From Spirochaetia bacterium (GTDB taxonomy: Bacteria > Spirochaetota > Spirochaetia > SZUA-6 > Bin103), in NCBI GenBank assembly GCA_965208575.1, contig CBDBOV010000005.1:96001-160000 (forward strand): 64,000 nucleotides of DNA, given 5' to 3'. A model generated the notes under the pieces. It searched no databases and was not told where the DNA came from. It saw only the letters and a program-made list of their open reading frames with translations. Below, piece after piece: positions 50,847 to 60,348 of the stretch. Made by a program: the position numbers and the translations under genes. How positions within the stretch are numbered: the first letter of the stretch is position 1; each line of letters starts with the position of its first letter.

Positions 50847-51284
50847 ATGGCCAGCACCAAGGCACCACCCACCGGGCGCTACGAAGCGGCGCAACCCCGG
50901 CCCGCCGAGCCCGCCCAGCCGCCAGCGTTCCCGGGCTGCAAGCCGGTGCACCTGCCGCGCACCGAGATCGACCGCTTCGAGGGACGGCTCGAGTATTGGG
51001 ATTCGGCCACCGAGACCGCCTGGATCAGCGAGTCCGCCACGGCCTACCACGAGCGCCCGTCGCGCCTCCTGACGCGCTTGGCCGAGCGCATCGCCGAAGT
51101 GCGCGGCTCGCCGATCGAGTCGTACGGCTCGACGGACCTGCTGCTGCGCGACCCCGGCGGCGAACCGCGGCGCATCATGCAGGCCGACGAGTCGGTGTAC
51201 CTGCATCCGGCGCACGCCAAGCTGCCGGGGGCCGCCATGGTGGTCGGCGAGGACGACTTTCCCGACGTGGTGCTGGAGGTGGAT
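50847..51284 (+). pseudogene. Uma2-like gene, copy 4, truncated by island integration
   Basis: Nearly identical to copy 1 up to ..PDVVLEVD, then an abrupt switch to AT-rich island DNA. Confidence 0.88.
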
Positions 51285-51294
51285 TCCAACACCA
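51268..51294 (+). mobile_element. Putative att junction core site
   Basis: TGGTGCTGGA-ggtggat-TCCAACACCA: inverted 10-bp arms around a 7-bp spacer at the exact Uma2 breakpoint. Confidence 0.75.
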
Positions 51295-51305
51295 TAGCGT
51301 ACCAG

Positions 51306-51395
51306 TAGACCCCTCATAGTTCCTTTAAGTTACTGTATATCAGCCCTTTAGACCCTACATAGTTCCTTGACGTTTCATCGATTCTTGCTTAGAAT
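51306..51395 (+). promoter_or_regulatory. Two 20-bp direct repeats (possible arm-type sites) and the integrase promoter
   Basis: TAGACCCCTCATAGTTCCTT (51306) and TAGACCCTACATAGTTCCTT (51349); TTGACG-17-TAGAAT (51367-51395). Confidence 0.65.
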
Positions 51396-51469
51396 ACCAC
51401 TAATGGTGATACTTAAGGTTACTCTCCATCAGACTGCTTGAACCGCTCTTCGTCCTGGAGGAACTGATC

Positions 51470-52657
51470 GTGAAACGTCCCAAGAGACTGTCCGCTGCTT
51501 TCGTTCGCACCGTCAACCGTCCCGGCCGCTACGGCGAGGGACGTGGCGGGCTCGGTCTGTCGCTCATGGTGAAGGAGCGGAAAGGTGGTGGCCTGGCGAA
51601 GTCATGGAGCCAGCGGCTACGCATCAACGGCAAGCCGTCCAACGTGGGCCTGGGCCGCTATCCCATCGTGACGTTGGCGGAGGCACGTGAGAGGGCGTTG
51701 GAGAATGCGCGAGCGGTCGACCAAGGGCGCGACCCACGCGACCGATCGCGGATCCCTACGTTCGAGCAGGCCGCCGAGAAGGTGATCCGACTTTACGAGC
51801 CGACATGGCGCACCAGCGGCGCCGACTCGTCGGCCGCGGTATGGCGTTCGTCTCTGGAGCGATACGTGTTCCCAAAGCTCGGCAGGAAGCCGGTGAGCGA
51901 GATCACCACTGCCGACGTGCTCGCGGTGATCGTGCCGATCTGGCACACCAAGGCGGCGACGGCGAGCCGGGTGAAGGGCCGCATCTCGTCGATCATGAGA
52001 TGGGCCATCGCGCAGAACTACATCGAGAACAACCCTGCCAGCGACGTGGTGGCGGCGGCGCTGCCGCGAGCCAGAACCCCGAGACAGCATCACCTGGCCC
52101 TACCTCATGAGGAGGTCGGAGCAGCTCTGCAGAAGGTGCGCCACTCGGACGCCAGCCCGGCGGCGAAGCTGCTGTTCGCGTTTGCTACTTTCACGGCGAG
52201 TCGAACCGCCGAGGCTCGGCTCTCTCGTTGGTCCGAGGTCGATCTTGAGAAGCGCGTCTGGACCGTCCCGGCGGAACGCATGAAGGCCAAGCGGGAACAC
52301 CGGGTGCCGCTGGCCACGCAGACGTTGCAGGTACTGGCGAACGCTCAGGACTTGGCTGACGGCTCGGGACTGATCTTCCCGTCGCCCACCCGACCGGGAC
52401 CGCTGGGCACGAATACCCTGAGCAGATTATGCAACCACCTGCGCCTGGGCTGCACACCGCACGGGATGAGAAGCAGCTTCAGGACGTGGTGCGGCGAGAC
52501 GGAGCAACCTCGCGAACTGGCCGAGCAGGCACTTGCACATGTCAATCCGAACCGCGTCGAGGCAGCCTACATGCGCTCTGATCTCTTCGAGCGACGAAGG
52601 GAGTTGATGGAAGCCTGGAGCGATTACCTCGTCAACCGATTGGACAGAAGGGGTTGA
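51470..52657 (+). CDS. Tyrosine integrase, P4/IntA-like with N-terminal arm-binding domain
   Basis: GLGRYP.VTLAEAR arm domain; catalytic R (ASRTAE), K (MKAKREH), HGMR, LAH, Y (AAYMRS). Confidence 0.95.
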   Translation: MKRPKRLSAAFVRTVNRPGRYGEGRGGLGLSLMVKERKGGGLAKSWSQRLRINGKPSNVGLGRYPIVTLAEARERALENARAVDQGRDPRDRSRIPTFEQAAEKVIRLYEPTWRTSGADSSAAVWRSSLERYVFPKLGRKPVSEITTADVLAVIVPIWHTKAATASRVKGRISSIMRWAIAQNYIENNPASDVVAAALPRARTPRQHHLALPHEEVGAALQKVRHSDASPAAKLLFAFATFTASRTAEARLSRWSEVDLEKRVWTVPAERMKAKREHRVPLATQTLQVLANAQDLADGSGLIFPSPTRPGPLGTNTLSRLCNHLRLGCTPHGMRSSFRTWCGETEQPRELAEQALAHVNPNRVEAAYMRSDLFERRRELMEAWSDYLVNRLDRRG

Positions 52658-52771
52658 CCAATCGCCGTCTACGAGGTAGGACAGGGTTCGGCGGACGCAA
52701 GGCAATGATTTGGCCCAAAACATCGTGCCGACCGGTCGACAGAATCGGTCGTATCTTCGTCTATTGTAATC

Positions 52772-52935
52772 TTGAGGAAGCCAGATGTACTGAAGCTGAT
52801 CAGTTTATCACCGACTACGTTGCGGCGCGCCGGGTACGTGCCGGGGACTTTCCGGCACCTGTCCGGCTCGGGGGCCGGGGGTCACGCGCCGTCGGCTGCG
52901 ACGCGCGGACGTAGAGCGATGGTTGGAGGAACGGC
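52772..52935 (+). pseudogene. alpA: AlpA-family excisionase/regulator, frameshifted
   Basis: Across frames: LRKPDVLKLISLSPTTL/RRVRAGDFPAPVRLGGRGSRAVG/ADVERWLE. Confidence 0.7.
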
Positions 52936-52940
52936 CGAAA

Positions 52941-53073
52941 GCTTAGTGCTCTGATTCGTAAGTTCGGTGACGTATTCTCGACCGCGTGGCCTCATGGCTA
53001 GCATCACGGTGCCGACGCGATGCGGCGATCATGCAATATCCAATCGCAACCATACTTACGAAATGCACTAAGC
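52941..53073. repeat. 133-bp imperfect palindrome (MITE- or attC-like), copy 1
   Basis: Ends GCTTAGTGC..TTCGTAAGT / ACTTACGAA..GCACTAAGC; second copy at 54436-56011. Confidence 0.8.
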
Positions 53074-53394
53074 TAAGCGTTCAGACGAATCCATGATTCG
53101 GTCGGTAGTCGGTCCGCATCGATGGCATCTGTGTTCGAAGTACTGCGTAACGGGCAGAGTACCGGCAGGGCACCTCTTCTCTGCCTCTCAGGCGTATCGG
53201 GTCAGAGCAATCTCGTACCGCCTAGTGGGTTGTTCTTCGCCGGGAGTTCTCACTTTGACAAGCGATCCCTTAGGAGTCAAACATGCCGTATCGGTTGACA
53301 TGTCTTCGCAAAGTTTCGCCAGGCCGCGACGTCCCGCGGACCGTTCTGGCTCCATCTGTACCGTGCTGCTCTCTCTGCCGCCGAAGAGACAATC

Positions 53395-54390
53395 TTGAGG
53401 AGTCCGGTAGTGTTGGTATCGCCTTGGTTGCAACTATTCCAGGCACATCTGAGCGTTCTGCAGCCACGAACGCTGACTTGGCGTTGCGATCTCGGCACAG
53501 GCGCAGAAATGAGGCGCGCATACTCTGGCTTGTATGGCCGTTACTTTGCCCGTGCGCTCCTCGCGAGCGTACTCGGGTTCACGGACTTCATCCCGCTAGA
53601 GAGGAATCGCACCAATATAAACGGAGGCGTGACGGTGAACCGTGTCGCGAATGGTGATATCCCGGACTGGATCGCTTGGGATCCGCAGGGAAAAGGCTAT
53701 GTACTTGGTGAAGCCAAAGGCAGGTTGACGGGTAATCTGCAGGACTATCTTCTTGGGACGCCAGTGTGTATCACTAATGGGAAACAACAATTCGGGCGAG
53801 TCGAAGTGAGAGACTCTGCGAATAGAGTAATTTCGACCCGCGATTGGGTTGCGGTGAACCGTTGGTCGACCGACCGGCGTGGCGAGCCGCCAGTCTCGCT
53901 GTTGTGGGATCCACCGGGTGATGGCGAGCCCCTCACGGGTGAGGAGGCAAGTCGCCATGCCACCGCGATCCGCCGGCACCGCCTTGAGGCAATTGCCCAG
54001 CGGCTGGGACATTCAGATTTTTTCGTGCGGATCGGCGCAACGGGTTCCACAGACGGTCCGCCGTTGTTGGACACTGGTGACGAACAAGAGAATCCCTTCG
54101 GACAGTTTGATCGACAGTCCGCCGAACCGTACGAGGACTACTACCAGGCGGCGATCGTGACGGCGCTGGGGATACGCCCGATACGTGACCGAAATGACTT
54201 CGAGGACGCTTTGACCATCCAGGTACGCACGTCCGACAATGACGAGCCCGCTATGATTTTTGGCTTGGCGAAAGGGGCATCCACGATGTCGGAACGTGGA
54301 CAAGCACCATGGTTATCGGCGAATGGGATCGCATCCACTGATGGCTCGGCTCTATTCGACCTGAAGAGCGTGGAGATCGAGCGTGCATAG
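53395..54390 (+). CDS. Hypothetical PD-(D/E)XK nuclease-like protein (start uncertain)
   Basis: PDW.AW...YVLGEAKG motif; lower GC than the host. Confidence 0.6.
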   Translation: MRSPVVLVSPWLQLFQAHLSVLQPRTLTWRCDLGTGAEMRRAYSGLYGRYFARALLASVLGFTDFIPLERNRTNINGGVTVNRVANGDIPDWIAWDPQGKGYVLGEAKGRLTGNLQDYLLGTPVCITNGKQQFGRVEVRDSANRVISTRDWVAVNRWSTDRRGEPPVSLLWDPPGDGEPLTGEEASRHATAIRRHRLEAIAQRLGHSDFFVRIGATGSTDGPPLLDTGDEQENPFGQFDRQSAEPYEDYYQAAIVTALGIRPIRDRNDFEDALTIQVRTSDNDEPAMIFGLAKGASTMSERGQAPWLSANGIASTDGSALFDLKSVEIERA

Positions 54391-54514
54391 GTATGCCCAC
54401 TTTGTGCAATGCTCATCCTGATCGCGTTCCACTTACTAAGTGCTCTGTGAGCTGGTCCCGGAAAAACGGACGGTATGGTAGAGTGTATCCAAGGCCACGA
54501 GGAGGGCCAGCAAG

Positions 54515-54799
54515 ATGGCGACGAAGAGGCGTCGGTTCACAGCGGAGTTCAAGGCGAAGGTAGTGATGGAGGCGCTGCGGGGAGACCGGACGATCCAGGC
54601 GATCGCGGCCAAGCACGAAATACATCCGAACCAGATCAGCAGTTGGAAGCGGCAGGCTCAGACCGGTCTGCGGGACCTGTTCGCCGACGGCCGGAGCCGG
54701 CGGCAGAAGGAGCACGATGAGACCATTCACGACCTGCATGCCAAGATCGGGGAGTTGACCGTGGAGCGCGATTTTTTAGCACGCGGGCTCGGGCGCTGA
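54515..54799 (+). CDS. IS3 OrfA
   Basis: RRFTAEFKAKV..IHPNQISSWK; T6 slippery site near 54772. Confidence 0.9.
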   Translation: MATKRRRFTAEFKAKVVMEALRGDRTIQAIAAKHEIHPNQISSWKRQAQTGLRDLFADGRSRRQKEHDETIHDLHAKIGELTVERDFLARGLGR

Positions 54800-55656
54800 G
54801 CCGGGCCGAGCGACGAGAGATGATCGACCGCGAGCACGAGGGTCTGAGCATCAGCCGGCAGTGCCACCTGATCGGGCTGAACCGGTCGACGCTGTACTAC
54901 CGAGCGGTGGGCGAGAGCGCTGACACGCTCGCGTTGATGCGCCGCATCGACGAACTTTATCTGGAATGTCCGTTCTACGGCAGCCGGCAGATGATGCGCC
55001 ATCTGGCACGCGAGGGAAAGCGGGTCGGTCGGCACCGGGTGCGGCGGCTGATGCGGCTGTTGGGGCTGGAGGCGATCTACCGCAAGCCACGCACCAGCGT
55101 CGCGCACCCGGACCATCGGGTGTATCCGTATCTGCTGCGAGGGCTTACGATTGAGCGCCCGAACCAGGTGTGGTGCGCGGACCTGACCTACATCCCGGTG
55201 CAGGGAGGATTTCTGTACCTGGTGGCGATCATGGACTGGGCGAGCCGGCGGGTGTTGGCCTGGCGGCTGTCCAACACGATGGACACCTCCTTCTGCCTGG
55301 AGGCGTTGGCGGACGCTCTGGAAGACTTCGGCATTCCCGAGATCTTCAACACCGATCAGGGCAGCCAGTTCACCAGCATCGCGTTCACCGGCCAGTTGGA
55401 GGCGACCGGGATACGGTGCTCGATGGACGGGCGCGGTCGTTGTCTGGATAACGTATTCATCGAACGGTTGTGGCGCTCGCTGAAGTACGAGTCGGTATAC
55501 CTGCACGATTTGGAGGATGGCTTCGAGGCGCAGCGGGTGATCGACGGGTGGATGGCATTCTACAACGAGACCCGACCACACTCGGCGCTCGGCGGGCGTA
55601 CGCCCGCGGAAGCGTACCGCGACGGGGTGGCGGAACAACAGCAGGAGGTGGCGTAG
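54796..55656 (+). CDS. IS3 OrfB (DDE transposase)
   Basis: WCADLTY, NTDQGSQF, DNVFIERLWRSLKYE. Confidence 0.92.
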   Translation: MSRAERREMIDREHEGLSISRQCHLIGLNRSTLYYRAVGESADTLALMRRIDELYLECPFYGSRQMMRHLAREGKRVGRHRVRRLMRLLGLEAIYRKPRTSVAHPDHRVYPYLLRGLTIERPNQVWCADLTYIPVQGGFLYLVAIMDWASRRVLAWRLSNTMDTSFCLEALADALEDFGIPEIFNTDQGSQFTSIAFTGQLEATGIRCSMDGRGRCLDNVFIERLWRSLKYESVYLHDLEDGFEAQRVIDGWMAFYNETRPHSALGGRTPAEAYRDGVAEQQQEVA

Positions 55657-55886
55657 CGAACAGGAACGGCAGGCGCTTGGCATGGGGTGCAAGGGCATCC
55701 GAGGACCAACGGGAGCGCGAGCAGTGGGGACGAAGTATCCACATATCCACAGGCTCGCTCACCCCCTCCCCGGACCCCACCCCCATTACCGCCGCCTGAT
55801 CATCTCGACCAGGAGGGTGGGTTGACAACGAACGAGATGCACTCTACAATATCCCATCCACTGTCCAACCTATCGGGTCCACGTCA

Positions 55887-56011
55887 CTGATTCGTAAGTT
55901 CGGTTACGTATTCTCGACCGCGTGGCCTCACGGCTGGCATCACGGTGTCGACGCGATGCGGCGATCATGCAATATCCAATCGCAACCATACTTACGAAAT
56001 CGTGTACTTAG
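55887..56011. repeat. Palindrome copy 2 (left tip 54436-54447 displaced by IS3)
   Basis: Only a few substitutions versus 52951-53064; removing the IS3 restores CTAAGTGCTCTGATTCGTAAG. Confidence 0.8.
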
Positions 56012-56839
56012 GCCGATGCCTTGTGTGCACAGCGGACCGGATGTGACCCTATCCTGTGTCTTCATCAAACGTCAGAGGGTCGGCACGACGACCATTGTGC
56101 CAGCCTGCCAGCGCGCCCGTGATGCTCGGACACTCGTGACTGGCCATCCATAGAGTGCGTCCGAACTGCGCGGGCTCCTCCATCCGGACGATACTCACCA
56201 TGGCCGGTTCGGCGGTGCACCTCGCAATGCCCGCAGCGGTCGAGTGCTCGCGCGGCGTGCCAAGCCCTGGAGAACAGAGATCGTCCCGGCGCCGTCGCAT
56301 AGGTGCTGAATGCCACCTCACCGGGCCGCGACTTCGTAGTTGCTCTCATAGCGGGTCGGATTCGCGGGAGTCTCGTCCTACCCTGTACTCGGATCCGGCG
56401 GGCGTCTTGAGATGATCCGTTTGCCTTAGGCTGTTCGACTACGCCATTATCTTATCTATTTGTAATATCTGTAAGGGTTTACCTGTTGTACCAATATCCC
56501 GTTATTGCTTTCGCAACCCCTTGATCGTTTCGGATCATCCTTGATTCGCTTCGAGCTGGCGCCGTGACGCGTGCGTAGCCGGTAATCGCAACCGTGGCCG
56601 GCTCCACCATCGCGGCGCCCACAATCCCTGAACATCTCGCACGCGACTTGGGACACCGTCAAGACGGTCGACCTGAGCGGCCTGAGCGGTCCGACGCTGA
56701 CGTTGTACCGCCGTCGGCACCGACTACAGCGGCGGCGTGAGCGAGCCGTAACATGAGCCTTCGCGGCAACGGCCGGAGGCTGCGCCGGTGGCGGCACTCG
56801 ACGACGAGCTGGCGACCTCCGTGCGTCTCGACTACTTTC

Positions 56840-56930
56840 GTGATAAGGGGGGGCGACTCTCCGCGGCCGTCAGGCTCGGGGGTCGGGGTCACGCGCAGTT
56901 GGCTGACACCACGCGGACGTAGAACGGTCG
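56840..56930 (+). pseudogene. Second decayed AlpA-like relic
   Basis: GGCTCGGGGGTCGGGGTCACGCGCAGTTGGCTG..CGCGGACGTAGA aligns with ~52865-52915. Confidence 0.55.
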
Positions 56931-57176
56931 TGAGAGACGCTGTATCAAGCGTAAGCGATCGCTGTGGCCGGAAGCGGAGGAACCCGATCCGGGGGGCCTG
57001 TCAGACATCAGCGAATGGGCACGGCTGCCATTCGAGATTTTCGTCCAGATCAGCCGCACTCGCTTGAACCCAGGTCTACCGGTCTAAGCGCGCGTGTGGC
57101 GTCCGGGTAGCCCAGGGCGGTTGCCCGCCCCAGGCCCCCACAGTCCCGTGCGAGCGCGATTGACGCACACGGTTCC

Positions 57177-58493
57177 TCAGGTCGTAGAGTTCGCTGCATA
57201 GATGGACTGGACGACACGAACGGCCGGCAGCGGATATCGGGCCAGCAACCGCGCAAAGCAGGCCCACGTGAGGCGTCGTCCACCGCGCCGGTTCAGCCAC
57301 TTCAACCAGAGGCGCTTGGCGGCGTCGTGGAAGTACCCCAACGAGCGCCCATTGCCGGTAATGCCGTAATACCCATAGTGGCCCAGCAGCTTGCGCCGGA
57401 GGGCCGCTTGCTGCGCCCGCAGAGGCTCGTGCCGATGGCGCTTACACCACACGGCGAGTGCTCGTAACGCACGGGTCAGCCGGTCGGAGGCGGTTTTCCG
57501 CTTCACGATCCACTTCCCGTTGCGCGAGCGCCCCCAATAGTGCGTGAATCCCAAGAATGGAAAACTCGCCCCGTGGTGGGCTGTCGCGTTCCCTCCCGGC
57601 GGTCGAAACTGAAGCATCCGTGTCTTTTCCTCGTGCACGGTCAACCCGTACTTCGCGAAGCGCTTTGGTAACACGCGCAGCACGTTCTCGGCATCGCGCC
57701 GGTCGCTGAACGTCAGTACCGCATCGTCCGCAAAACGCACCAGGAACGCCCGCCCCCGCAGGCGCGGTCGGACCACCTCATAGAACCATCGGTCGAGTAC
57801 CTCGTGCAGATAAACATTGCTGAGCAACGGCGATAGTACGCCACCTTGCGGTGTCCCCTGCTCCGGGTAGGTCACTGAGCCATCTTCCATGACCCCTGCC
57901 TTTAGCCATTTTCCGATCAATCGTGTGATCACTCCATCTCGCATCCGCTGTGCCAGAATCGTGCGCATGGTAGCGTGTGACAGCGTGTCGAAATACTTTC
58001 GTATGTCCAGGTCTATCACCCAACCGCCCCCTTGACCCATCATCTGGTCCCAGAGTGCTTGCAGCGCCGTGTGCGGCGATCGCTTCGGGCGAAAGCCGTG
58101 TGCACAGCTTAGAAAGTCTCGCTCGTACAGGGGCTCAAGCAGCATCTGTACCGCCCGCTGAAGTACCTTGTCCTCGAAGGTCGGTATCCCGATCGGGCGG
58201 GTTTCTCCGCCCTTCCCTTTCGGAATGTGCGCCCGCCTTACCGGCGGCGCGCGGTACGTTCCCGCCTTCGCCCGCTCCAGCAGTGATTTCAAATTCTGCT
58301 CCAGGTTCTCCCCGTACTGCTCGGCAGTCTGTTCGTCAACTCCAACTGCACCATCCTTCCGGGTACGCCGGTAGGCTTCGTACAGCCACTCCAGATCCAT
58401 GTGATACGCCAGCGACGTGAATGCCACGCCGGCGTGGATTCTCGCGTTCTCTGCTATCTGCTGCTGTTTCGTTAACACGTTCCCGGATTCCAT
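57177..58493 (-). CDS. ltrA: Group II intron reverse transcriptase/maturase
   Basis: RPIGIPTFEDK, GFRP, GTPQGG..SP.LSN, FADD, FLGF, X domain GHYGYYG. Confidence 0.95.
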   Translation of the reverse strand: MESGNVLTKQQQIAENARIHAGVAFTSLAYHMDLEWLYEAYRRTRKDGAVGVDEQTAEQYGENLEQNLKSLLERAKAGTYRAPPVRRAHIPKGKGGETRPIGIPTFEDKVLQRAVQMLLEPLYERDFLSCAHGFRPKRSPHTALQALWDQMMGQGGGWVIDLDIRKYFDTLSHATMRTILAQRMRDGVITRLIGKWLKAGVMEDGSVTYPEQGTPQGGVLSPLLSNVYLHEVLDRWFYEVVRPRLRGRAFLVRFADDAVLTFSDRRDAENVLRVLPKRFAKYGLTVHEEKTRMLQFRPPGGNATAHHGASFPFLGFTHYWGRSRNGKWIVKRKTASDRLTRALRALAVWCKRHRHEPLRAQQAALRRKLLGHYGYYGITGNGRSLGYFHDAAKRLWLKWLNRRGGRRLTWACFARLLARYPLPAVRVVQSIYAANSTT

Positions 58494-58971
58494 CGCATCC
58501 TCCATGTTTCCCCGCACCAGTTCTACGACTTGACGCCCTCCTTCCCTCCGCCGGGTCCGGTGCGGCGACCGTTCCCCCGCTTCCTCGGTACTATGGGGGC
58601 GCTAAGACTGCTCGTTGCCCTTCCCGCCGCGCTTCGTTGCCTTCGCTTGGCGGTACCACGACCGCACCCGCTGCTTCGCTCCTGCACGTTCACGGGCGCT
58701 CTCCCGTGCAGGCCCGGACGTTGGTGTGCCGGCGTCCCTCCGGCTCTCCCGTCATGGAGACATCGAGCTCTCCCAGGTTCCTGGGCCACCCGCTCCGCAT
58801 CTGCCCTGCTCTCCGACCCCGACCGGGCCGCCGTGCCTCGCCATTTCGGCACGTACGGTGCTGCCCCCGCATTTGTCGACTACGAAGGCCCCAGCGAGCA
58901 TTCTCCTTTCGAGGCTCAATCACACGGCTTCTGCGGTCGCTGTCTACGCTTCGCCCTCAGGGTCGCCCCTG

Positions 58972-59541
58972 GGGTGCCAATGCCAAAAGCGGCAACAGGG
59001 GTTGACACGATCAGGCGGCTTTGATCTGGCAGTCGTCAGGAGGACTGAAGTAACGCTTGAGATCGCCGTTGAGCAGAGCCAGACGGGTGCGTAGCACGCA
59101 GCGGTTGTCGTGCGGTCGCCATCTCATCCCGTTGCCCTTGAAGCGCCGACCGACAACCAATTTGCACTGCCCTTCGACCAAGCCACTGCCGATCGGCCAC
59201 CCGAGATCGCGGTAACGGGCATAGTCCATACGGTCCTGGCCACCTCACCGCCAACCGTGATCTGGTTGGCGGATGTCGGCTCAGCGAGTCCGGCAACCAC
59301 TTCCTGCACCATCTCGTCGCCGATCCAGTTCACCATCTCAAGGATCTTGGCTTCCGCCTCCTGGAGATCCATCCGGCCGCCGTTGATGCGCCCTTGCAAC
59401 TCCTTGACAAGGCCCTCGGCGGCCGCTATAAGTCCTTCCGTATTCATGGTCTACCTCCCCATGGTGTGGTGTCGTGGGGTAGGTAGACCTTTTTTCTGCC
59501 CCAGAGTCAATGATTTGCTACCGCTTTCGGCGTTCGCACCC
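58972..59541 (-). mobile_element. Internally deleted ISKra4/ISLre2-like element (570 bp)
   Basis: 26-bp TIRs GGGTGCCAATGCCAAAAGCGGCAACA / GGGTGCGAACGCCGAAAGCGGTAGCA; 9-bp TSD TCGCCCCTG; transposase N-terminus joined out of frame to C-terminal PIGSGLVE..K..GMRW. Confidence 0.85.
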
Positions 59542-60348
59542 TCGCCCCTGCCGACGCAAGACTCGCTTCCGGCTGCTTGCTATGCTTTACCGGATGGGAT
59601 TGGCTACCCACGGGGTGGCTAAGAAAGGTTTCTGATGTCTATTTCATCTTCCTCCTTCCCCAGGCTTGGCCTGGCGCGACGACAATTAGGATGAGAATCA
59701 GTGTCGCAACGAGACACAGGGTGGGCGTAGGTTGGTTGCGTTGTGCAAGGGGCTCCAAATGTACAGTCCCTGTCGCTGAGCGCGCCGGTCAAGAATGAGC
59801 CAGAATGCCGGTCAGGCGTGCATTTTATTGCATAAATGCTCAGGACATGGGGGTATCGGACCCCAGCCCGACTCGTGGAGGGGCCTTGGCGGGCCGCTGA
59901 GAGCGATTTCGCTTCGTCGGCGGGCGCCGATATGCAGATATGCAGTGCACGGGTCACTGATGGCCGCCCGGACCAAGTTGTCGGCGTTCTCCAACTCGCC
60001 GCCGGTGGCGCCGGCGCGGTCATCCCTGGCTTCCAGGAGTTGTCGGACCAGTTCGGCAGTGACCGTGAGGAATCCCGGTCGGCATCGTAGCGGTCCCAGG
60101 GCCGCCGGGGGCGGCCAGGTCAGGACTTGAGGAGCGCAGCGTACGTGCGGCGGGTTCGCTCAGTCCCGCCGGAACCGGCGGGCCGGTTCGACGCCCTCCA
60201 GTGTGGCAAGATCAAGGGTGCCAATCGCGTGCTGTGCGGGCGCGGACTCCAGGAGACTGTCGAGCAGGCCGTCGAAACCACGCTTGGTACCCATCCTGAA
60301 GGTGGAGCAGGGTCGTGCTGCATCTGCCAGAGTTGCGGTCGAGTCGGA

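Larger units (their letters stand above)
54448..55886 (+). mobile_element. IS3-family element
   Basis: TG...CA ends with imperfect IRs (TGAGCTGGTCCCG / TGACGTGGACCCG); 3-bp CTG target duplication (54445-47, 55887-89); orfA/orfB. Confidence 0.92.
57101..59679 (-). mobile_element. Group II intron (no En domain, probably class E/F), interrupted in domain I
   Basis: DV GAACCGTGTGCG..CGCACGG and DVI ending CTACCCGGAC directly after the RT stop; 5' end resembles (T)CGCGCCAGG near 59679; both ends uncertain by about 2 nt. Confidence 0.82.

Noticed and set aside
25-50868. Numerous long overlapping ORFs (e.g. 10118..12058, 28613..30406, 49006..50868, 20517..21800 part)
   Set aside because: Antisense or alternate-frame shadows typical of high-GC DNA; Arg/Ala/Pro-rich with no family motifs.
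30547-51284. Shufflon or invertase-driven array
   Set aside because: Fragments are not inverted and joints share no common site, only variable microhomologies.
51240-51470. tRNA or tmRNA at the integrase end
   Set aside because: No cloverleaf or T-loop (GTTCGA) consensus; the flank is Uma2 coding sequence.
51470-56011. Classical integron (IntI plus attC)
   Set aside because: The integrase has a P4-type arm-binding domain rather than IntI features, and the palindromes lack canonical GTTRRRY boxes.
57177-58493. RT as DGR, retron or defence RT
   Set aside because: It has maturase X-domain motifs and adjacent DV/DVI. Differences between duplicated SDR/LLM/Uma2 copies do not appear adenine-specific, so no TR/VR pair is evident.
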